From contig NIVC01002394.1 in the NCBI GenBank assembly GCA_002269645.1, forward strand, positions 62,001-126,000: a stretch of 64,000 bases of DNA. Direction: 5' to 3'. The notes below the pieces were generated by a model. It did not search any database. It had not been told where the DNA came from and was given only the letters and a program-made list of their open reading frames with translations. The position numbers were made by a program, and so were the translations under genes. This document shows positions 57,690 to 64,000 of the stretch, piece after piece (the stretch's first letter is position 1; the number at the start of each line of letters is the position of its first letter). This DNA comes from Macrostomum lignano (taxonomy: Eukaryota).

Positions 57690-57785
57690 GGTGTAAATCG
57701 CACGACAGCCCCCTGGCCACAAGCCCCAAGTGAATGTGGAATCGAACCAGGGGTCGTGAAGCAAGAGCCAGACGCGTGGCAGAGC
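57690..57785 (-). mobile_element. tRNA-derived SINE-like head
   Basis: Minus strand GGCCACGCGTCTGGCTCTTGCTTCACGACCCCTGGTTCGATTCCAC with B-box GGTTCGATTCC. Confidence 0.5.
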
Positions 57786-58483
57786 ATGCATGCAGCAGAC
57801 CGAGAGCTTGAGAAGTCGGAGAGATCACCAGGGGAAGGGGTGCCAGTGGGATGTCTGTCTATCAGAGCCCGCCTGCTACATGCAATTGAAAATACTTGCA
57901 GTGCAGAGTGGCCGTCCGCACACTCATCCTCACTGATTAGGGTTTGTTGCTGCGGCTGATTACTGACTCGCCAACGATTACGTAATAACTTCTAGATACT
58001 CAGCAGCGACCAAGTGAAAATAGTGTGCATCTCACTCCCTACTCTCTCCATCCTTTACTATGCAGTTTAGACTTTCCCTTCCTTGACCCTAACTCCGGAA
58101 ATTAGAGCTGCCATTGAGCTGTGTGAGGTCGGTGTGGCAGTCTGCCAGTATTAGTGAAATAATAAAATGACTGACTTGGCCAGCAATTATTTTTATATAG
58201 CGTCCTCACCTTTAATAAGCCATGGACGCTTACAGTTAGACATCTGGATAGAAACCCCAGGCTAGGATTCCGCCCAAAGTCCTAGTTGTCCATGTTTAAA
58301 TAGTTGATAATAAAATGGAGTTAGCTGGTTGATTGATTTTTGTAGGTGTTGTAAAACCCGCTCGCTTTAATTGCTTTTTGTTTATCTGGTGGAGAGAGTT
58401 TGACAGACAGGGTAGAACGCTATGCTTAACCATTTTCTCACTGTCTTTTATTCATGTAGTGGTGGTGTCATCAGGGCGAGATT

Positions 58484-59250
58484 GATAAGGATGAGATTGA
58501 TTATGGATAGAGATTGATAAGAGATAGTGATTGATAAGATAGAGATTGATAAGGGCAAATTGATTATGGCAAGGTTGATAAGGGCGAGATTGATAAGGGC
58601 GAGATTGATAAGGGCAAATTGATTATGGCAAGGTTGATAAGGGCGAGGTTGATAAGGGCGAGATTGATAAGAGCAAATTGATTATGGCAAGGTTGATAAG
58701 GGCGAGGTTGATAAGGGCGAGATTGATAAGAGCAAATTGATTATGGCAAGGTTGATAAGGGCGAGGTTGATAAGGGCGAGATTGATAAGGGCAAATTGAT
58801 TATGGCAAGGTTGATAAGGGCGAGGTTGATAAGGGCGAGATTGATAAGAGCAAATTGATTATGGCAAGGTTGATAAGGGCGAGGTTGATAAGGGCGAGAT
58901 TGATAAGAGCAAATTGATTATGGCAAGGTTGATAAGGGCGAGGTTGATAAGGGCGAGATTGATAAGGGCAAATTGATTATGGCAAGGTTGATAAGGGCGA
59001 GGTTGATAAGGGCGAGATTGATAAGGGTGAGATTGATAAGAGATTGAGATTGACAAGGGCGAGATTGATCATGGCGCGAATGATAAAGGTGAGATTGATA
59101 AGAGCGAGATTGATAAGGGCGAAATTGATTTTGGCGAGGTTGGTAAGGGCAAGATTAATGAGGGCGAGATTGATCATGGCGAGATTGATCATGGCGAGAT
59201 TGATCATGGCGAGATTGGTAAGGGCGAGAATGATAATCGCGGGATTGATC
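58484..59250. repeat. 15-bp satellite (gattgataagggcga) with a 60-bp four-unit higher-order pattern
   Basis: Regular alternation of aaattgattatggca, aggttgataagggcg and agattgataag variants. Confidence 0.93.
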
Positions 59251-59528
59251 AGGACGAGAACGCGACGGCGTTGACGGACGGACTAGTTTGAGAAGAAAAG
59301 GATTTTCAACAGTCTTAAAGCAGACTGCCATATCAGTCAAAAGGTGCGCATGCGAGTTTGAAGGATTGCTTCATGCCATCACCAGGAGACAACCACGAAC
59401 TGTTTATTTGTTTAAAAACTGCCGTCAGTACATGCAATTACGGGCCTTTTCTTATGTTCCTACGAGCTACTAGAAGTAGAACGTAACATAAATGAGCAGC
59501 TGAATTTCCGGCACCGACTGGCATCAGA

Positions 59529-61367
59529 TCAGTCGCCCTTCTTCAAGGTCATCTCCATCTCGAAGCAGGACATCAAAGAGCCGCTTCGGCTGTTGCTCAG
59601 CTCCACACGGATCTTGTAGTCACCCTGTCAGTTGTGGGCAGGTTGTACTTTTGACTGCTTTGCTGGATTATTGAATTACATGAACTGCCTAGCTTCTAAT
59701 AACTGCCTACTCCATCATCTATAGCACCTGCCTAATCCATCACCTATAGCATATCTACCTAATCCATCACCTATAGCATATCTACCTAATCCATCACCTA
59801 TAGCATACCTACCTAATCCATCACCTAATAGCATATCTACCTAATCCATCACCTATAGCATATCTACCTAATCCATCACCTATAGCATATCTACCTAATC
59901 CATCACCTATAGCATATCTACCTAATCCATCACCTATAGCATATCTACCTAATCCATCACCTATAGCATATCTACCTAATCCATCACCTATAGCATATCT
60001 ACCTAATCAATCACTTATAGCATCTGCCTAAGCGCCTAAACATACTAACCGCAGCCAACTCTGCTTAACTTGCTTCGCTAGCAAACGAGCTAGCTAAAGC
60101 CAACAGCCTATGAACCCATTATCTGTCATCTTCCATAATTATCTGCACTTTCCGAGTCGCCGGTCAGTCATTACTTAGAGATATATTAAATTCCAATTTC
60201 GCTACTTGCAGTAGGCTGCACAGCACATTCCATTTCTACTGCAGCTTTCATATCTCACGTTAGCGATAGCGGCCAGCAGGGAAGGAATGCCCGGCAGGTC
60301 CAGGGACCTGTCAGCGATCTCCAGTTCGGCCGGCTGGTACGGGCAGGCCTGCAGGCCCTCGGAGTCCACGCTGGCGATGAGCTGGCGAATTTCGGCCGCG
60401 ATCCGGGCGGAGATGCCGACCCAGTCCTCGCGTTCCATGCGGTCCAGCAGGTTGCACAGATCCGGGTAGGAGCTGCGGGTTCGGCGGCTCTGCTTGGGAA
60501 TTCTGCGCTTCACTAATCTGCAGCTCCCTTACTTGCTCACATTTTCAACTTTCTGGAGCTTTCTGGTCACTCACCTGCAGCTCTAGTCACTCACCAGCTG
60601 CTCTAGTCACTCACCAGCTGCTCTAGTCACTCACCTGCTGCTCTAGTCACTCACCTGCAGCTCTAGTCACTCACCAGCTGCTCTAGTCACTCACCTGCAG
60701 CTCTAGTCACTCACCAGCTGCTCTAGTCACTCACCTGCAGCTCTAGTCACTCACCAGCTGCTCTAGTTACTCAATAGCGTCTCTAATCACTTACCAGCAT
60801 CTCTAGTCGCTCACCAGCATCTCTAGTCACTCACCAGCTGCTCTAGTCACTCATCTGCAGCTCTAGTCACTCACCAGCTGCTCTAGTCACTCACCTGCAG
60901 CTCTAGTCACTCACCAGCTGCTCTAGTTACTCACTAGCGTCTCTAATCACTTACCAGCATCTCTAGTCGCTCACCAGCTGCTCTAGTCACTCACTAGCAG
61001 CTCTAGTCACTCACCAGCTGCTCTAGTGACTCACCAGCTGCTCTAGTCACTCACCAGCTGCTCTAGTCACTCACCTGCAGCTCTAGTCACTCACCAGCTG
61101 CTCTAGTCACTCACCTGCAGCTCTAGTCACTCACCTGCAGCTCTAGTCACTCACCTGCAGCTCTAGTCACTCACCAGGATCCAATATTAAAGATGCAGGG
61201 AATTCGAACGTTGCCCAGCCACGTCTTGCGCACCAGTTCAATTTTCATGTCGATATTATCAAAAGGACGCTGGATTTTTCCAGCGAATCCCAGTGTGATG
61301 CGGCCTGGCAGGGTGATGACGCTCGGCTCCAGGCTGATGGCCTGCACGTTGATGTCATCGTTGCCAC
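59529..61367 (-). CDS. GM2A: GM2-activator-like ML-domain lipid-binding protein, 5'-partial; exons 61367-61175, 60472-60259, 59624-59529
   Basis: ISLEPSVITLPG, IPCIFNIGSC|SYPDLCNLLD, ACPYQPAEL and GDYKIRVELS...MSCFEMEMTL parallel GM2A motifs. GT-AG introns with phases 2,0. The first exon (signal peptide) is not seen. Confidence 0.85.
59727..60024. repeat. 27-bp minisatellite (ctacctaatccatcacctatagcatat), ~11 copies
   Basis: Direct tandem units in the last GM2A intron. Confidence 0.95.
60566..61174 (-). repeat. 20-bp minisatellite built on a splice-donor motif (minus unit ctgcag|gtgagtgactagag), ~30 copies
   Basis: The array starts exactly at the authentic donor (61174). Confidence 0.95.
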
Positions 61368-61571
61368 CTGTGACAGATTAATCATGATGAAAGCCGGAAT
61401 CCATACTCAATTCAAACAAAAATAAACTGCTATTCCTATCGATTATACGTTGGTAAACAGCTGGCATGTTATATGCAAAAAAGGAGAAAAATGGGGAGTT
61501 AGTCGTACTAGCGAGAAGCTGCTACTGAATAGTAGAATTCTATATAGCTTAACCTGCAACACTGTACTTAA

Positions 61572-64000
61572 CCCTTAGATGCCGGTTGGCTAGCAGAGCT
61601 GACCATAGCCATAGAATAGAAGGTGACGAGAAAAAAAATTGGTAGTCTATGGCCAGTGAGGCGCAGAATTGCAGCTCCTTTCCTGCCGAACACGGTCAGC
61701 TGAGCTGACCATGGAATAAATAGCGCACTCACTCAGTCTGTAGCACTCTGTAGCGACCACTAGAGCAACTTTCATGTACTAACAATGGCACAGAAGAAAG
61801 ATGCAGTTTATTGTTGAATTAATTTCGAACTATAAAGTTAAAGGGAAAGTTAAAGTTCAAGTTCAAGCAAAAGAAGATATTTGTCCAAAAGCAACAAAAA
61901 ATTTATGATTTTGAGACGCAACTACATGTACGCTCGTATAGTAGCATATAATAATACAGGGAACAATATTGTGGTAGAGTGCCGCAGTTGGACATTTAAT
62001 TATTTTTGTCTTAACATAAAGGTAAAAAATTAATAGTCAATGCCGAATACAAACGCGAATTATATAGTACGGCTGGTGAAAGGAGTTCTTTAATTCAGTG
62101 ATTCACATGCCACCGTTCAAAGCAGGGACTTGGGCACAGTCCAGGTGCATTCGGACACGCACTGCAGCAAAACACGGTGCGCTTCGCAGTGCCGTTGCGG
62201 TAGCACACGCGGCATCGCTTCACCGGCCTCGGGCACGATTCCCTCGGAGGCAGCTTTGATGGAAAGTGCTGCTGAGCTGCGGCCGCCGCTGGTTGCCTAG
62301 CTGCCGTTCGCTGTCTTCCTGGTCCCGTGGAGTCAACCAGTAGGGTGATACAGCTCTCCAGGAATTTGAATAACTGCAGCCGGCCACCGTGCTTTGAGTA
62401 TACAACCCATGCATTGTGTACAAGCAGCAGGCAGAGATGAAACCCCAACTTATGAAACCACTTGTAGGTTTTGCGGCAGCTGTCGTAAGGTTTCAGCATG
62501 GCATCGAGTCGGTCAACGCCTCCCATGCAGCGGTTGTACAGCAGGTTCGAGGCGCTTTTCTGCACTTGCACAGCTTCACCATTCTTGCGAATTCGGTTCG
62601 TCGCTACTTTCTGAGCTGAGCCGTGGGTGTCGATCATGAAGAATGTTTTCAAGCCGCTTTCCTTGCGCTCCAGGATTTTCATGGCCAGCACTGGCAGCTT
62701 CCTCATGAAAACTGCGTCATTCAACGGCACCTGCTGACTGCGCAATGCCAACGGCACTCCACGGTCGGCTCGAACAGTTGCTGTCAGCAGTGTGCTGCGT
62801 TCGTACAGAAAAGTCGCAAGCCGTACTGAGGCAAACCACTTGTCGACGAAAAGGTGATAGCCGAAACCGAGCAGGTCCTTGCAAAGGTGCACTACGATTT
62901 TCTCGCTTAGAGACAGCTGGTCACAACCGAGGTCGTCGCCAAAATGAGAGTTCTCTTCAGCAGTCGAATGTACTAGAAAGTTATACAGGTAGCCAGATGC
63001 AGACTCACAGGCGCAGTACATTTTAATTCCAACTCTGGCTCTCTTCGATGGGATGTACTGCCTAAACTGAAGGCGCCCCTTGTACAGAATCAGGGACTCG
63101 TCGACGCTGACCTGCTGCTCCGGCTGGTACACGTTCGCGCAGAGCTGCTGAGCCAGACGGAGCAGCGGCCGAATCTTGTGCAGTGGGTCGTTCGAGGCGG
63201 GTGCTCGTGCATCGTAGAAACGAAGGAAGGCCAGCAGCTGCTTGAATCGGTCACGGGTCAAGCCATTGGGCGATTGAAAAAACGGAGTACTGTGAATGAC
63301 ACTGGTGCTCCAGTAATCATGCAGTTCCGGCTTCCGTGAGATGCCCATGAACAGGTACATACCCAACAGCTTGGATATCTCACTGCGGTTTGTGTCCTTC
63401 CATGACTTCAGCAAGCTCGAAACATCTTCTCCATCATGTGTCGCCTGCTCATACTCAGCCCAAGCTTTTGCGTTTGTCCACTCCACGATCTTATCCAGCA
63501 GCTCATCGGTTAGAAACAGTCGTAGAAAATATTGGATGTCTTCACGGTCTTCGGGAAGGACAATGCTGGGGTTTACACCCGAAATTCCAGTGAAACTGGG
63601 GCCGTCTTCAACAATGTCTTCGCCTGGCTCCACAAACTGCCAATCGTCTTCTACTTCGCTGATAGTGACCGACTCAGACGACTCGGAGTTCTCCGCTATT
63701 CCAGCGTCACTTTCGGAGTCGGAAGTCAACAGAATATCCATATTTGGATTGATTTGAATTACATGAATAGAATTGTACAGAATTTGGCACAGCCCTTAAT
63801 ATACTAAAACTGGACTGTCTATGGCCAGTCTTGTACAGTTTTGATAAGCGTGTGTGCAACCCATTCCAAATGTACATTCTCCTTCAACCCTAGATTAGAC
63901 CAGCGATGGCTGGCTTATCGGCAGGAGTGGCAGTGCAATTCAGTTCACTGAAAGCTTGAAATAGTCTATGGTCAGCTCTGCTGACCATGCCGGCAGGAAC
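61572..64000 (-). mobile_element. piggyBac DNA transposon; far end just beyond the window
   Basis: TTAA at 61568-61571 followed by CCCTTAGATGCCGG. Subterminal gcagagctgaccatag is mirrored by ctatggtcagctctgc at ~63966-63981, and gtctatggccagt occurs near both ends. Confidence 0.92.
62095..63741 (-). CDS. piggyBac transposase (DDE_Tnp_1_7-like), 548 aa, uninterrupted
   Basis: Acidic N-terminus, SVDES, YIPSKRARVGIK, FVDKWFAS, YNRCMGGVDRLD, KWFHKL and C-terminal Cys-rich domain CRVC...CSAC...LC..PCFERWH. Confidence 0.95.
   Translation of the reverse strand: MDILLTSDSESDAGIAENSESSESVTISEVEDDWQFVEPGEDIVEDGPSFTGISGVNPSIVLPEDREDIQYFLRLFLTDELLDKIVEWTNAKAWAEYEQATHDGEDVSSLLKSWKDTNRSEISKLLGMYLFMGISRKPELHDYWSTSVIHSTPFFQSPNGLTRDRFKQLLAFLRFYDARAPASNDPLHKIRPLLRLAQQLCANVYQPEQQVSVDESLILYKGRLQFRQYIPSKRARVGIKMYCACESASGYLYNFLVHSTAEENSHFGDDLGCDQLSLSEKIVVHLCKDLLGFGYHLFVDKWFASVRLATFLYERSTLLTATVRADRGVPLALRSQQVPLNDAVFMRKLPVLAMKILERKESGLKTFFMIDTHGSAQKVATNRIRKNGEAVQVQKSASNLLYNRCMGGVDRLDAMLKPYDSCRKTYKWFHKLGFHLCLLLVHNAWVVYSKHGGRLQLFKFLESCITLLVDSTGPGRQRTAARQPAAAAAQQHFPSKLPPRESCPRPVKRCRVCYRNGTAKRTVFCCSACPNAPGLCPSPCFERWHVNH

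Overview
Eukaryotic (metazoan) genomic DNA with GC-rich exons and a different tandem array in most introns. The style resembles a free-living flatworm such as Macrostomum, but that is inference only. Six protein-coding genes were reconstructed by hand from GT-AG boundaries and frame continuity: an EGFR-family receptor tyrosine kinase (+, 606-7726, 5 coding exons), a single-coding-exon class A GPCR (+, 15836-17104), an ankyrin-repeat TRP channel (+, ~20807-29216, 5' end unresolved), glycogenin (+, 37338-43728), an LHFPL/TMHS-family tetraspan protein (-, 47339-55899) and a GM2-activator/ML-domain protein (-, 59529-61367, first exon not found in the window). Mobile DNA comprises a piggyBac with an uninterrupted 548-aa transposase ORF (61572 to the window end), an internally deleted Mutator-like element with TIRs and TSD (33313-35068), a solo LTR with a 4-bp TSD inside a satellite (11125-12167), several MITE-like elements and tRNA-derived SINE-like heads. 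Best leads: a 419-codon candidate alternative terminal exon and an 18-nt microexon in glycogenin intron 3, a TRP channel with a TRPV5/6-like acidic filter and an unusual S2-S3 insert, an intronic array of ~30 consensus splice donors whose use would create a stop codon, and the possibly mobile piggyBac. Most long ORFs in the supplied track are artefacts of tandem repeats. No CRISPR array, rRNA or intact tRNA was seen.
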